Shown: one piece after another, positions 9,767 through 19,866 of the stretch | Layout of the letters: each line of letters opens with the position of its first letter | Numbering within the stretch: position 1 is the first letter of the stretch | From: Gammaproteobacteria bacterium | GTDB taxonomy: Bacteria; Pseudomonadota; Gammaproteobacteria; JAJFKG01 | Assembly: GCA_021773335.1 (NCBI GenBank) | Contig: JAJFKG010000051.1 | Coordinates: 133,985 to 197,984, forward strand | Direction: 5' to 3' | DNA length: 64,000 nt | Notes under the pieces: model-generated | Seen by the model: only the letters and a program-made list of their open reading frames with translations | Database searches by the model: none | What the model was told of the DNA's origin: nothing | Program-made: the position numbers and the translations under genes

Positions 9767-11110
9767 CTACTGCATGCCCGGGAAGTTCCGCATCATCTTC
9801 GCCATCCCCCCACCTTTCGCCATCTTTTTCATCATTTTTTGCATGTGCTTGAATTGCTTAAGCAAACGATTGATATCTTGGATTTCGGTACCGGAACCGT
9901 TGGCGATGCGCTGTTTGCGTGAGCCATTAATCAGGTCTGGGCTGCGGCGTTCTTTCTTGGTCATGGAATTGATGATCGCTTCGATGCGTACCAGTGATTT
10001 ATCGTTGACTTGCTCCTGGGCCGCATCTGGGATATTCGGTACGCCGGGCAATTTGCTAAGCATGCTGCTGATGCCACCCATGTTGCGCATTTGAATTAAT
10101 TGGTCACGAAAATCCTCTAAATCGAAGCCTTTGCCTTTCTTGAGTTTCTTTGCCATTTTTTCGGCTTTTTGCTTATCGACTTTGCGTTCGGCTTCTTCGA
10201 CCAACGTCAGAACGTCACCCATGCCGAGAATGCGTGATGCGACCCGATCAGGATGAAAGGCCTCTAAGGCATCTGTCTTTTCACCCACACCCATAAACTT
10301 GATCGGTTTTTCAGTGATCATGCGCACCGATAACGCTGCACCACCACGCGCATCACCATCCGTCTTAGTGAGGATGGTGCCAGTTAATGGCAGAGCATCA
10401 TTAAAGGCTTGTGCACTATTCGCGGCATCTTGTCCTGTCATGCTGTCGACGACGAAGAGTGTTTCAATCGGGTTGATGGCCTTATGAATGGCCTTGATTT
10501 CATCCATCATTTCGGCATCGATATGCAAACGTCCGGCGGTGTCGACAAGCACAACCTCCAAGTGCTTCGACTTAGCGTGAGCGATAGCATCTTTGGCAAT
10601 TTTTGTGGGTTTTTGTTTTTCATCACTCGGGAAGAAATCAACTTCGATTTCGCCAGCCAAGGTTTCTAACTGTTTGATCGCCGCTGGGCGGTAGACGTCG
10701 GCACTGGTAACGAGCACGGATTTTTTCTGGGTTTCCTTGAGCCAGCGCGCTAACTTGGCCACGGTGGTAGTTTTACCTGAGCCTTGTAAGCCTGCCATCA
10801 AGATCACCGCTGGTGGTGTTGTTTTGAGGTTAAGTGCTGCATTGGCTTCACCCATGATATGCGTTAATTCTTCTTGCACGATTTTTACTAAGGCTTGGCC
10901 GGGATTGATGCTGGTCATGACTTCGCGGCCAATCGCACGTTTGCGGATGTCATTGATAAATTGTTTGACAACAGGCCATGCCACGTCAGCTTCGAGCAAG
11001 GCTTTGCGGATTTCACGCATCGTATCTTTGATGTTTTTATCGGTCAGGCGGCCCTTACCACTTATACTACGCAGGGTGTTGCCGAGGCGCTGCGAAAGAT
11101 TGTCAAACAT
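9767..11110 (-). CDS. ffh: signal recognition particle protein Ffh
   Basis: 447 aa. N-terminus MFDNLSQRL, GTPase motif GLQGSGKTTT, Met-rich M domain. Confidence 0.95.
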   Translation of the reverse strand: MFDNLSQRLGNTLRSISGKGRLTDKNIKDTMREIRKALLEADVAWPVVKQFINDIRKRAIGREVMTSINPGQALVKIVQEELTHIMGEANAALNLKTTPPAVILMAGLQGSGKTTTVAKLARWLKETQKKSVLVTSADVYRPAAIKQLETLAGEIEVDFFPSDEKQKPTKIAKDAIAHAKSKHLEVVLVDTAGRLHIDAEMMDEIKAIHKAINPIETLFVVDSMTGQDAANSAQAFNDALPLTGTILTKTDGDARGGAALSVRMITEKPIKFMGVGEKTDALEAFHPDRVASRILGMGDVLTLVEEAERKVDKQKAEKMAKKLKKGKGFDLEDFRDQLIQMRNMGGISSMLSKLPGVPNIPDAAQEQVNDKSLVRIEAIINSMTKKERRSPDLINGSRKQRIANGSGTEIQDINRLLKQFKHMQKMMKKMAKGGGMAKMMRNFPGMQ

Positions 11111-11306
11111 GTGGGCGTTTTCCTCTTTGGAGTTATTGGTCGATTATTATACCTGATAGGTGTTGATTGCAGCAAACCTCGCCCTATGCGATGATTACGC
11201 CGGAGTTAGGTAACGTCCTAATGCCGTTGTTAAAAGGTGCTTTAACTAACGCCAGTTTTTATGCAAGTTCAAGAGTGTACGGGATTCAACAAAATAGCGG
11301 AAGAAG

Positions 11307-12104
11307 ATGCGTTTCATTATATTGGATATAGTAGCAATTTTTTTCTATTTCCTTGCTGCCGCATGGCAAGGTTTACATTTATTGGGGCGCCGTCGTGAAG
11401 GTAAGTTCGGCTTATTGATCCTCGGCAGCTTAGCGGTCTTGTTACATGCGTATTTACTCTATCGTTGGATCGATTTGAGCGGCGTTGGGCAAAATCTAAG
11501 TTTCTTGAATTTAACCTCGATGGTAGTGTGGCTGGCAGCCCTGTTAGTATTATTGGCGACAATAACGATGCCAGTAGAAAACCTAATCGTATTGATATTT
11601 CCAATAGCAGCATTCTCGATTGCTTTAGTTGTACTTTTCCCCATGCGGAACTTAATCAACACGGGTACTGAACCACGTAAATTATTTCATATCCTATTAT
11701 CATTATTGGCATTTAGTGTGTTATGGGTGGCGAGTATGCAGGCAATCCTTTTAGCGATCCAAGATCGACAATTACGCAAGAAACAAACACGCGGCATTAT
11801 CCAATTTTTGCCGCCGCTACAAACCATGGAATCACTGCTCTTCAAGATTATTTGGTTAGGCTTTATTCTATTATCATTAGTGCTCATAACAGCATTTTTA
11901 TTCTTTGATAATATTCTCGCGCCAGATTTATTACGCCATACGGTGCTCTCCTGTATCGCGTGGGTGATCTTCGCGATTTTATTATTAGGCCGCCATTATT
12001 TCGGATGGCGTGGTCGTAAGGCGATTAACTGGACTTTGGGCGGAGTACTCTTTCTCGCCCTATCGTATTTGGGTAGCCATTATTTACTAGCCTTGGTGGG
12101 ATGA
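11307..12104 (+). CDS. YpjD-like inner membrane protein (cytochrome c assembly/CcsA-like family)
   Basis: 265-aa polytopic membrane protein. Divergent from ffh and followed by a CNNM/CorC gene, as in the E. coli ypjD-yfjD locus. Confidence 0.7.
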   Translation: MRFIILDIVAIFFYFLAAAWQGLHLLGRRREGKFGLLILGSLAVLLHAYLLYRWIDLSGVGQNLSFLNLTSMVVWLAALLVLLATITMPVENLIVLIFPIAAFSIALVVLFPMRNLINTGTEPRKLFHILLSLLAFSVLWVASMQAILLAIQDRQLRKKQTRGIIQFLPPLQTMESLLFKIIWLGFILLSLVLITAFLFFDNILAPDLLRHTVLSCIAWVIFAILLLGRHYFGWRGRKAINWTLGGVLFLALSYLGSHYLLALVG

Positions 12105-13369
12105 CCTTGAGTATCACATCGCTTCTTATTCTCTTTGTTGGTTTGTTACTGTTGATTGTAATCTCGGCATTTTTTTCTGGTTCTGAGATTGGCATGATGT
12201 CATTAAACCGTTATCGTTTACGCCATATGGCGCGCCATAAAAATCGTGCTGCGCAACGTGCACAAATTCTCTTGCAACGTCCGGATCGTTTGTTGGGGGT
12301 GATCTTAATTGGTAATACCTTTGCGAATATTTTGGCATCCTCGATAGCAACGGTATTAGCGGTACATTTTTGGGGTGACATTGGTGTTGCGATTGCGACG
12401 ATAGTGTTGACTTTAGTGATTTTGATCTTTGCTGAAATAACGCCTAAAACTGTTGCGGCACTTTATCCAGAGCGTTTTGCCTTTGTCGTATCTTGGCCAT
12501 TGAAGTATTTACTACGTTTGTTTTACCCTTTTGTTTGGCTGGTTAACAAGATAACGAGCGCCTTATTAGGTTTTGTTGGTGTAAACGTAGAAGGAAGACG
12601 TAGTGATGCTTTGACGAATGAAGAGTTGCGTACAGTTGTACGTGAAGCCTCTGGCCGTATGCCATCGCTGCATCAAGATATGCTGCTACGCGTTTTAGAT
12701 ATGGAAAATGTCTGCGTGGATGACATTATGGTGCCGCGCAATGAAATGGTTGGGATCGACTTGGATGATAGTTGGGATAATATTTTGCAACAGATTATCG
12801 ATGTTAAGCACACACGTTTACCGGTATATCGTCAATCGATAGATAAAGTGCAGGGCGTGTTAGATGTACGCAGGGCGTTAAGTTTGTTGGCCCAAGGAAA
12901 GTTAGATAAAGCTGATTTGGCGCAATTTACGCGGGCGCCTTATTTTGTTCCGGAAGGCACACCATTGCATACGCAGTTAATGAATTTTGACCGTGTGAAA
13001 CGTCGCACAGCATTAGTGGTGGACGAATATGGTGATATTCTCGGCCTCGTAACACTCCAAGATGTGGTGGAAGAAGTTGTTGGTGAGTTTGTACGTGATA
13101 TTGAACCTGGTTTTGGTGAAGTGCGGCAACAAAAAGATGGCTCCTATGTGGTGCAAGGCAGCATTAACGTACGCGAGTTAAACCGCTTGATGAAGTGGCA
13201 ATTGCCAGAGACCGGCCCCAAGACATTGAGCGGCTTGATTATCGAGCATTTGCAATCGATTCCGAATCATGGGGTGGGTTTACGCTTAAACGGGTATCCT
13301 ATAGAAGTGTTAACCGTGAAGGGTAATAAGGTCAAGACAGCGCGTGTTATGCCAGGATTGCGTAAATAA
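12101..13369 (+). CDS. CNNM/DUF21-CBS-CorC_HlyC family Mg2+/Co2+ efflux-type membrane protein (YfjD-like)
   Basis: 422 aa. N-terminal 4-TM DUF21, CBS pair, C-terminal transporter-associated domain. 4-bp overlap with the upstream gene. Confidence 0.8.
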   Translation: MTLSITSLLILFVGLLLLIVISAFFSGSEIGMMSLNRYRLRHMARHKNRAAQRAQILLQRPDRLLGVILIGNTFANILASSIATVLAVHFWGDIGVAIATIVLTLVILIFAEITPKTVAALYPERFAFVVSWPLKYLLRLFYPFVWLVNKITSALLGFVGVNVEGRRSDALTNEELRTVVREASGRMPSLHQDMLLRVLDMENVCVDDIMVPRNEMVGIDLDDSWDNILQQIIDVKHTRLPVYRQSIDKVQGVLDVRRALSLLAQGKLDKADLAQFTRAPYFVPEGTPLHTQLMNFDRVKRRTALVVDEYGDILGLVTLQDVVEEVVGEFVRDIEPGFGEVRQQKDGSYVVQGSINVRELNRLMKWQLPETGPKTLSGLIIEHLQSIPNHGVGLRLNGYPIEVLTVKGNKVKTARVMPGLRK

Positions 13370-13387
13370 ATAAGCCGCATTACAGCA

Positions 13388-13759
13388 TCAAGCTAACAGT
13401 ATCCCTGCTACGACCTGACGCCCCTCAGACATTAACAAATTATAGGTGCGGCACGCGGCGCCAGTGTCCATGATTTCTGGGCTAAGTCCACATTCTAATA
13501 ATGGTGTCAGTACTTCATGTGTCGGGAATACCAATTGTTTGCCGGTACCAAGAATGACCACTTCTGGTGCGAACTTGAGGATTTCGGCAAGGTCTTGGCT
13601 ATTTAGCTCAGCAATAGCGTGGGGCGTCCAAGGTACGAGTAAGTTCTCAGGCGCAACAATGAGATTTTGTGAATAGCATTGCCCCGCAATTTGGATAGAT
13701 TGCTCACCATAAGCTTGGATGCGATATGAGGCAGTGCCAGTGTCAAGGCTGATTTCCAT
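13388..13759 (-). CDS. Mth938-like (DUF498) small protein
   Basis: About 123 aa from ATG 13759, preceded by a perfect AGGAG. Family assignment from overall pattern only. Confidence 0.5.
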   Translation of the reverse strand: MEISLDTGTASYRIQAYGEQSIQIAGQCYSQNLIVAPENLLVPWTPHAIAELNSQDLAEILKFAPEVVILGTGKQLVFPTHEVLTPLLECGLSPEIMDTGAACRTYNLLMSEGRQVVAGILLA

Positions 13760-13848
13760 GGGAACTCCTGCATGATAATGGCGAAGAATAGCACTTGCGG
13801 TCAAAAGATGCTATAAATGGGGCTTTTCTACTTTAAGGTACTTCGGAA

Positions 13849-15045
13849 ATGGATGAGTTTGCCCGCATAAAACGTTTACCTCCTTATGTATTTAATACTG
13901 TAAATACTATTAAGGCGCAGGCGCGTGCGCGTGGCGAAGATATTATTGATTTTGGTATGGGGAATCCCGATCAACCAACGCCACAATACATTGTCGATAA
14001 GTTGATTGAAGCTGTGCAGCGCCCGGATACGCACCGTTATTCCGCTTCCCAGGGGATTCCACGCTTACGTCGTGCGATTTGCCGTTGGTATGCTGATCGC
14101 TACGACGTTGAAATAGATCAAGATCGCGAAGCCATCGTCACAATTGGTTCTAAAGAAGGTTTAGGCCATTTAGCCTTAGCAACCACTGGCCCGGGTGATG
14201 CTGTTTTAGTACCTAATCCTGCTTATCCGATTCACCCTTATAGTTTCACTATTGCGGGTGCCGATATTCGTCATATTCCCTTACAGCCTGGCGTGGATTT
14301 TTTCGCCGCGTTGGAAAAGGCGATTCGAGATTCTTGGCCTAAGCCGAAAATGCTCGTGATTAACTTTCCATCTAACCCGACGGCGCAATGTGTGGAGTTA
14401 GAATTTTTTGCCAAAGTGATCGACATAGCAAAAGAGCATAAGATATGGGTGATACACGATTTGGCGTACGCAGAAATTGCGTTTGATGGCTATAAACCAC
14501 CTTCAATTTTGCAAATCCCTGGCGCTAAAGATATCGCGGTTGAGACTTACTCCTTATCTAAAACCTATAATATGCCTGGCTGGCGTGTGGGTTTTGTGTG
14601 TGGTAATCATAAGTTGGTTGGCGCGTTAACACGTCTAAAATCTTATTTAGACTATGGGATGTTTACCCCGATTCAAGTGGCGGCGATCCATGCCCTTGAA
14701 GGCCCGCAAGATTGTGTAGCTGAGATTTGTGAACTTTATCGGCAGCGTCGTAATGTTTTGTGCAATGGTTTGCAATCGATTGGTTGGGATGTTCCATTAC
14801 CTAAGGCAACGATGTTTGCTTGGGCAAGAATCCCAGAAGAATACCAACATTTAGGTTCGCTCGAGTTTTCGAAATACATGCTGCAGCACGCGAAAGTCGC
14901 GGTGTCGCCCGGTATTGGTTTTGGTGAGTATGGTGATAGCCACGTGCGATTTGGTTTGATCGAAAATTGTCATCGTACACGCCAAGCCATTCGCGGTATT
15001 CGTGATATGTTCCGTAAAGATGGCATTACTAAACAGAGCGCATAA
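13849..15045 (+). CDS. alaC: aminotransferase class I, close to E. coli AlaC (YfdZ) glutamate-pyruvate aminotransferase
   Basis: 398 aa. Extensive collinearity with E. coli AlaC (RLPPYVF…[14 protein letters not shown]…[11 protein letters not shown]…IPRLRRAI…YDVEIDQD…TIGSKEGL…). Confidence 0.8.
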   Translation: MDEFARIKRLPPYVFNTVNTIKAQARARGEDIIDFGMGNPDQPTPQYIVDKLIEAVQRPDTHRYSASQGIPRLRRAICRWYADRYDVEIDQDREAIVTIGSKEGLGHLALATTGPGDAVLVPNPAYPIHPYSFTIAGADIRHIPLQPGVDFFAALEKAIRDSWPKPKMLVINFPSNPTAQCVELEFFAKVIDIAKEHKIWVIHDLAYAEIAFDGYKPPSILQIPGAKDIAVETYSLSKTYNMPGWRVGFVCGNHKLVGALTRLKSYLDYGMFTPIQVAAIHALEGPQDCVAEICELYRQRRNVLCNGLQSIGWDVPLPKATMFAWARIPEEYQHLGSLEFSKYMLQHAKVAVSPGIGFGEYGDSHVRFGLIENCHRTRQAIRGIRDMFRKDGITKQSA

Positions 15046-15432
15046 TTACATTTTTGAATTGCCATATTTTGCGTAACGCACGCCTAAGAATGCGATATAG
15101 ATCCAACCTATCATGAAGGCGATGCCACCGATGGGCACGAGGTATCGTGCATCTGGCAATGGTATTAGCACCATGCTATAAATCCCACCACAGAAAAATA
15201 AGATACCAATCACAAATGATAAACAAGCGAGACGCAAGATACGCGAGTGGCGTGCGCTCGATAAGCTGAGAAACACTAATACCATAGCGTGCCACATTTG
15301 GTAACGTACGGCGGTCATGAAGGCTTGGTACTCGCTACTGGCAATATGCAGTTGTAACATGTGATCGGCACTGGCGCCTGCCATGACTGCGCCTAATCCT
15401 AGTAATCCACCTAGTGCTAGCCAAATATTCAT
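15046..15432 (-). CDS. DUF423-like small membrane protein
   Basis: About 128 aa from ATG 15432, preceded by AGGAGG. 4 TM helices. Confidence 0.55.
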   Translation of the reverse strand: MNIWLALGGLLGLGAVMAGASADHMLQLHIASSEYQAFMTAVRYQMWHAMVLVFLSLSSARHSRILRLACLSFVIGILFFCGGIYSMVLIPLPDARYLVPIGGIAFMIGWIYIAFLGVRYAKYGNSKM

Positions 15433-15514
15433 GTCACCTCCTGTATGTTTTCTGCTGCAGTTTATCACGGCGCAGAATAAAATTCTTTTTCGCTTTTTTA
15501 GTCCGACTACAAAC

Positions 15515-15545
15515 TGGTCCCGTTGCTCCAGCGGCGGGACCTTAG
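15515..15545. repeat. hairpin repeat, ctggtccc..gggacctta family
   Basis: ctggtcccgttgctccagcggcgggaccttag. Same family as 7237-7326 and 37217-37245. Confidence 0.45.
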
Positions 15546-15597
15546 TATTCCCCTGTTGGTTACGCTTCTTGACGCCGTCGGGGTGGGAGATACTTTT

Positions 15598-17135
15598 TTC
15601 CTATGTCGTTCGCTTATTGCTGCGCCCTTGTTCGCATTAGGGTCGCAAAGATTCGACATCCTGTCTCAGCTTTGCTCATTGTCATCCTTAGTCTAGAACG
15701 GTGCAGATTGCTAGGTTGCCCCGCTTTTCAAAAGCAATGTTCAGTATTTTATTTTTTGAATGTAGGAATTTAAACCCGGTAGCACGTCATTCCGTGCTTG
15801 ACACGGAATCCAGAAGCATATGAGGTAGCTGCGTAGCAGCTCACCGATGTCGGATGCGAAGCATTCGACTTAGAGAATGCTGGTATGTTTTTTGAATAAG
15901 CACAGCTTGTTAAAGATCAGTGCTGGCTAGACAAAAGAACGGGGCCATCAATATGGAAAGAAAATTTTACGCAAAATTTAGAAGCATGAATGTAAATACA
16001 ATATCTGGCTTAGTAAATAAGAAATTGAAGTTTTCAACGGTATTCGAGTTCAATGATTTTAATGAGTTGCATTATATCTCCTCTGCTGTTGATGAATCTA
16101 AATTAAAGTCTGCTCTCAACGAGAGAGTACAAGCTGGCCTGAGTACAAATGATATTTGTAATGAACTGATTGCTAGTGGAAAGTACCTTAATAATTTTAT
16201 AGATGAGAGATTGCGTCCTTGGCTTAATAGTGGAAGGCTAAATAATAACTCAACACCTGAAAAGTGTCGCCCCCCTTTAGAAGAATACTTAGCTTACTCA
16301 AGTGTTGGTATATTTTGCATTTCTGATATTGACGTATTTAAAGATAAGGTAGTTAACCCTAATGATGACTCTCTTAAATATCGCGGCGACGCAGCTCAAT
16401 TAATGTTTGCGCATTATGCTGATAATTTAAGGGGTATTTGTCTAGTTTATGAAGCACAAAATGGCGCGGACTTAATGAAAGTTGAGTATGAACAAGGGAT
16501 AAAAATATCAGCTGGAGAGACAAATAGGATTTTTCGATGGGTGCGAGAAGACTATGCTAGAATAGACATGGACGACTTTCTAAATAAATCAGATTATTGG
16601 AAATACGAAAAAGAATATCGCATTTTCAAACAGCCCGGCTTTTATTCATATAACGAAGCTAAGCTAGAATTGGTTGCAATTCTACATACCCCAAGAATTG
16701 GCAAGCATCATATAGAAACGCTAAATAATATAAATGAAAACTTTTATGGGGGACAACTGCTTATTCAGGAGATTAAGGCAGCACTTGGTACATATGAATT
16801 CGTCGTTTTGAGCAAGTCAAATGGAAATCGAAATGTGCTTGATTGGTTGAATGGTAAGCTTAACTCGTCTAAGGAGTCTTAATAAGTAAATAGCTCTACC
16901 CCTTTTTTTACTTTAGGCACTGTCAATTCATTATCTCTCGATTGGCAAGAGCTGGGGTTGCGAGGAAAGGTTTTTCGACATTTTGAGTGAGCAGCGAGCG
17001 GAGCGCAGGGTCATTTTCGCAGGGATGCGAAAATGAGCAAAGCTGAGACAGGATGTCGAATCTTTGCGACCCTAGCGCGCAGTGAAAGGCGCAGCCAAGC
17101 GAACGAAAGGAGAAAAACCTTTCCTCGCAACCCCA
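15598..17135. mobile_element. AT-rich cassette bounded by about 80-bp terminal inverted repeats, carrying one DUF2971-family gene and no transposase
   Basis: A perfect 43-bp inverted repeat (tagggtcgcaaagattcgacatcctgtctcagctttgctcatt) sits at 15638-15680, with its reverse complement at 17052-17095. Flanking similarity extends the arms to about 80 bp. The right arm is itself nested inside a 22-bp IR (ggggttgcgaggaaaggttttt 16944-16967 / aaaaacctttcctcgcaacccc 17110-17133). The interior has markedly lower GC than its surroundings. Confidence 0.5.
15953..16882 (+). CDS. DUF2971-family protein (function unknown)
   Basis: Motifs FSTVFEFNDFNELHY (FNDPFE-like), AHYADNLRGICLVY (WSHYAdnhkGvCl-like) and KSDYWKYEKEYRIF (WsyEkEyR-like). 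ATG at 15953; the ORF-track start is GTG. Confidence 0.65.
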   Translation: MERKFYAKFRSMNVNTISGLVNKKLKFSTVFEFNDFNELHYISSAVDESKLKSALNERVQAGLSTNDICNELIASGKYLNNFIDERLRPWLNSGRLNNNSTPEKCRPPLEEYLAYSSVGIFCISDIDVFKDKVVNPNDDSLKYRGDAAQLMFAHYADNLRGICLVYEAQNGADLMKVEYEQGIKISAGETNRIFRWVREDYARIDMDDFLNKSDYWKYEKEYRIFKQPGFYSYNEAKLELVAILHTPRIGKHHIETLNNINENFYGGQLLIQEIKAALGTYEFVVLSKSNGNRNVLDWLNGKLNSSKES

Positions 17136-17201
17136 GCGGTATCAATAAGCGGAACCGAATAAACAATCTTAATAACGAATCTATGCTTCCCAACCCCAGC
17201 A

Positions 17202-18641
17202 GTGCTAAAATCCACCTCCATGGTCAGAAAATTGCATAAAGCCCAGGAAAGAGACAAAATGACGAAAATTGCAGCAGAAGCACAACAGCAAACACACAAA
17301 CAAACACAAAGCGCACAAACAAAGGACAAACACTTGCAACCCGTAAAAGTCGGCATACTCGGATTAGGCACCGTCGGTAGCGGTACCGTCAACGTGCTCC
17401 ACAATAATCGCGATGAAATCACACGTCGCGCCGGGCGCGCCATCGATGTCACTCATGTCGCATTACGTGATATAAAGAAGAAACGTGATTGCAACACGCA
17501 AAATATCGAACTCAGCACCGATCCCTTTAGCATCGTCAACCAACCCGACATCGACGTCGTCGTCGAACTTATCGGTGGTACCGACATCGCACGCGAACTC
17601 GTGCTGCAAGCTATTGCCAATGGCAAACATGTGGTTACCGCGAATAAAGCCTTGATCGCCCATCACGGTAATGAAATTTTCGCGCAAGCACAAAAGCACG
17701 GCGTCGTCGTTGCTTTTGAAGCCGCAGTCGCCGGTGGTATACCCATCATTAAATCAATTCGCGAAGGTTTAGCCGGCAATCGTATCGAATGGTTAGCGGG
17801 TATCATTAATGGCACGTGTAATTATATTCTCACCCAGATGCAACAATACGGACGTGACTTTGCCGAAGTGTTAAGTGAAGCGCAAAAACTCGGTTATGCC
17901 GAAGCCGACCCAAGTTTTGATATCGACGGTGTTGATGTCGCGCATAAGCTTACGATTCTTGCTTCGATTGCATTTGGCATCCCTTTACAATATAACAAAG
18001 TCTATGTCGAAGGTATCCGCAATATTACCCAGCTCGATGTCAGTTATGCAGAACAACTGGGTTACCGCATAAAACACTTAGGTTTCGCGCGGCGCCAAGC
18101 CCAAGGTATAGAGTTGCGCGTGCATCCTTGTTTTATCTCGCAGCAATGTTTGCTTGCGCATGTCGATGGCGTGATGAATGCAGTACTCGTCGAAGGTGAT
18201 GCCGTTGGGCAGACGTTATATTATGGAGCAGGTGCAGGGGCGAATCCAACAGCCTCTTCAGTCGTTGCTGACTTAGTTGAAGTCGTACGCACACTCACGA
18301 CCGATAGTGAAAACCGTGTCCCACATCTCGCTTTTCAAGCCGATGCCTTATCAACAACGCCGATCATGTCCATCGAAGCAGTTGAATCTGTCTACTATAT
18401 TCGTATGCAAGCACGCGATGAAGCAGGGGTGTTGGCCGAAGTTACGCAAATCCTGAGTGAATTAAATATCAGTATGGAAGCTATTTTACAGAAAGACCGC
18501 GCCGAACATGCCAATCATGTCCACGTCGTGATACTGACACACAAGGTCCCAGAAAAGCACCTCAATACCGCGATTGAACGCATTGAAGCATTGCCTGGCA
18601 TTGCGGAAAATGTTTTGCGAGTGCGCGTCGTTGATCTGTGA
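17202..18641 (+). CDS. hom: homoserine dehydrogenase (start uncertain)
   Basis: NAD-binding motif KVGILGLGTVGSG, catalytic domain, C-terminal ACT domain. An N-terminal extension of about 45 aa is encoded by a low-complexity acaaaca-rich stretch. An alternative TTG start at 17334 has AAGGA upstream. Confidence 0.8.
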   Translation: MLKSTSMVRKLHKAQERDKMTKIAAEAQQQTHKQTQSAQTKDKHLQPVKVGILGLGTVGSGTVNVLHNNRDEITRRAGRAIDVTHVALRDIKKKRDCNTQNIELSTDPFSIVNQPDIDVVVELIGGTDIARELVLQAIANGKHVVTANKALIAHHGNEIFAQAQKHGVVVAFEAAVAGGIPIIKSIREGLAGNRIEWLAGIINGTCNYILTQMQQYGRDFAEVLSEAQKLGYAEADPSFDIDGVDVAHKLTILASIAFGIPLQYNKVYVEGIRNITQLDVSYAEQLGYRIKHLGFARRQAQGIELRVHPCFISQQCLLAHVDGVMNAVLVEGDAVGQTLYYGAGAGANPTASSVVADLVEVVRTLTTDSENRVPHLAFQADALSTTPIMSIEAVESVYYIRMQARDEAGVLAEVTQILSELNISMEAILQKDRAEHANHVHVVILTHKVPEKHLNTAIERIEALPGIAENVLRVRVVDL

Positions 18642-18767
18642 CGAATAGCTAACCCGTTGAATAATAATAATTTATTATAAGGCGGAAACATGCCGGGGTT
18701 TGTTTCTTGACCACTGTCATGTTAATATGCCCACCTTTAATATATAGGCATACAGGCACCTATTCAC

Positions 18768-19850
18768 ATGCAAGACCGACTCAAAGCTGTCAGACAACAA
18801 ATAGATAGCATTAACAATGAAATTTTACAGCTGATTAATCGGCGGGCTGAATTGGCCAAAGAAGTTGGTGACATCAAACGTGAAGCTAATCCCGAGCCGA
18901 ATTATTATCGTCCTGAACGTGAAGCACAAATCCTGCGTGAATTGATTGCCAAAAATCCTGGGCCTGTACACGATAAAGATGTCGCACAAATCTTTCGCGC
19001 CGTGATAGCGAGTGGCTTAGCTTTGCAGCAACCCTTGACGATTGCCTACCTAGGGCCGCAAGGCACCTTTTCACAAGCAGCAGTCGCACAGCATTTTGGT
19101 AATATAGTCGGGCAAAAGCCGGTTGCCTCGCTAAAACAAGTTTTTCGCACGGTTGAATCGGGTGAAGCAAATTACGGTGTCGTGCCGATTGAAAATTCTA
19201 CCACCGGTTTAATAAAGCCAGTGCTTGATTTATTAATCAGTACCACCCTAAAAATTTGTGGTGAGATTGAAGTCCCGATACAACACCATTTGCTGGTAAA
19301 AGCACAACATAAAAGTGAAATTAGCCGGGTATATTCGCATGAGCAATCGCTACAACAATGTCAGCAATGGCTCGAAAAATATTTGCCAAATGCACAGCAC
19401 ATTGCAGTTGCCAGTAATGCACAAGCAGCGCAGTTGGTGCAACAAGAAGATGGTGCAGCTGCAATTGCCGGTAGTGTCGCGGCACAAGTATATGGGCTTG
19501 AAAAACAATATGAACATATTCAAGATAACCCCAATAATAGTACCCGCTTTGCCATTATTGGTGAACAAGTAGCGGGATTGAGTGGCGTAGATAAAACCTC
19601 TTTAGTCGTTGCGATGGCAGATAAACCCGGTTCCTTATCAGAAATTATTGGACCATTTTCACAACATAATGTGAATTTGTTATTGATTGACGCTAGGCCC
19701 TTACGCCATCCAACTTGGGAATGTGTTTTTTATATTGAAATAGAAGGGCATTGTGATGATGACAAAGTCGCAGCGGCTATCGCAACCATTAACCAACAAC
19801 CAATTATGCTAACGGTACTAGGTTCTTACCCTAAGAGCGTTGAAATATAA
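18768..19850 (+). CDS. pheA: bifunctional chorismate mutase / prephenate dehydratase (P-protein)
   Basis: 360 aa. N-terminal chorismate-mutase helix region, PDT domain, C-terminal ACT. Confidence 0.9.
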   Translation: MQDRLKAVRQQIDSINNEILQLINRRAELAKEVGDIKREANPEPNYYRPEREAQILRELIAKNPGPVHDKDVAQIFRAVIASGLALQQPLTIAYLGPQGTFSQAAVAQHFGNIVGQKPVASLKQVFRTVESGEANYGVVPIENSTTGLIKPVLDLLISTTLKICGEIEVPIQHHLLVKAQHKSEISRVYSHEQSLQQCQQWLEKYLPNAQHIAVASNAQAAQLVQQEDGAAAIAGSVAAQVYGLEKQYEHIQDNPNNSTRFAIIGEQVAGLSGVDKTSLVVAMADKPGSLSEIIGPFSQHNVNLLLIDARPLRHPTWECVFYIEIEGHCDDDKVAAAIATINQQPIMLTVLGSYPKSVEI

Positions 19851-19866
19851 GCGAACTGATAAAACT

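Noticed and set aside
17072-17452. 126-aa Cys-rich ORF (CLCVCLCVCCC) on the minus strand
   Set aside because: It is the antisense reading of the acaaaca low-complexity stretch at the 5' end of hom. Composition artefact.
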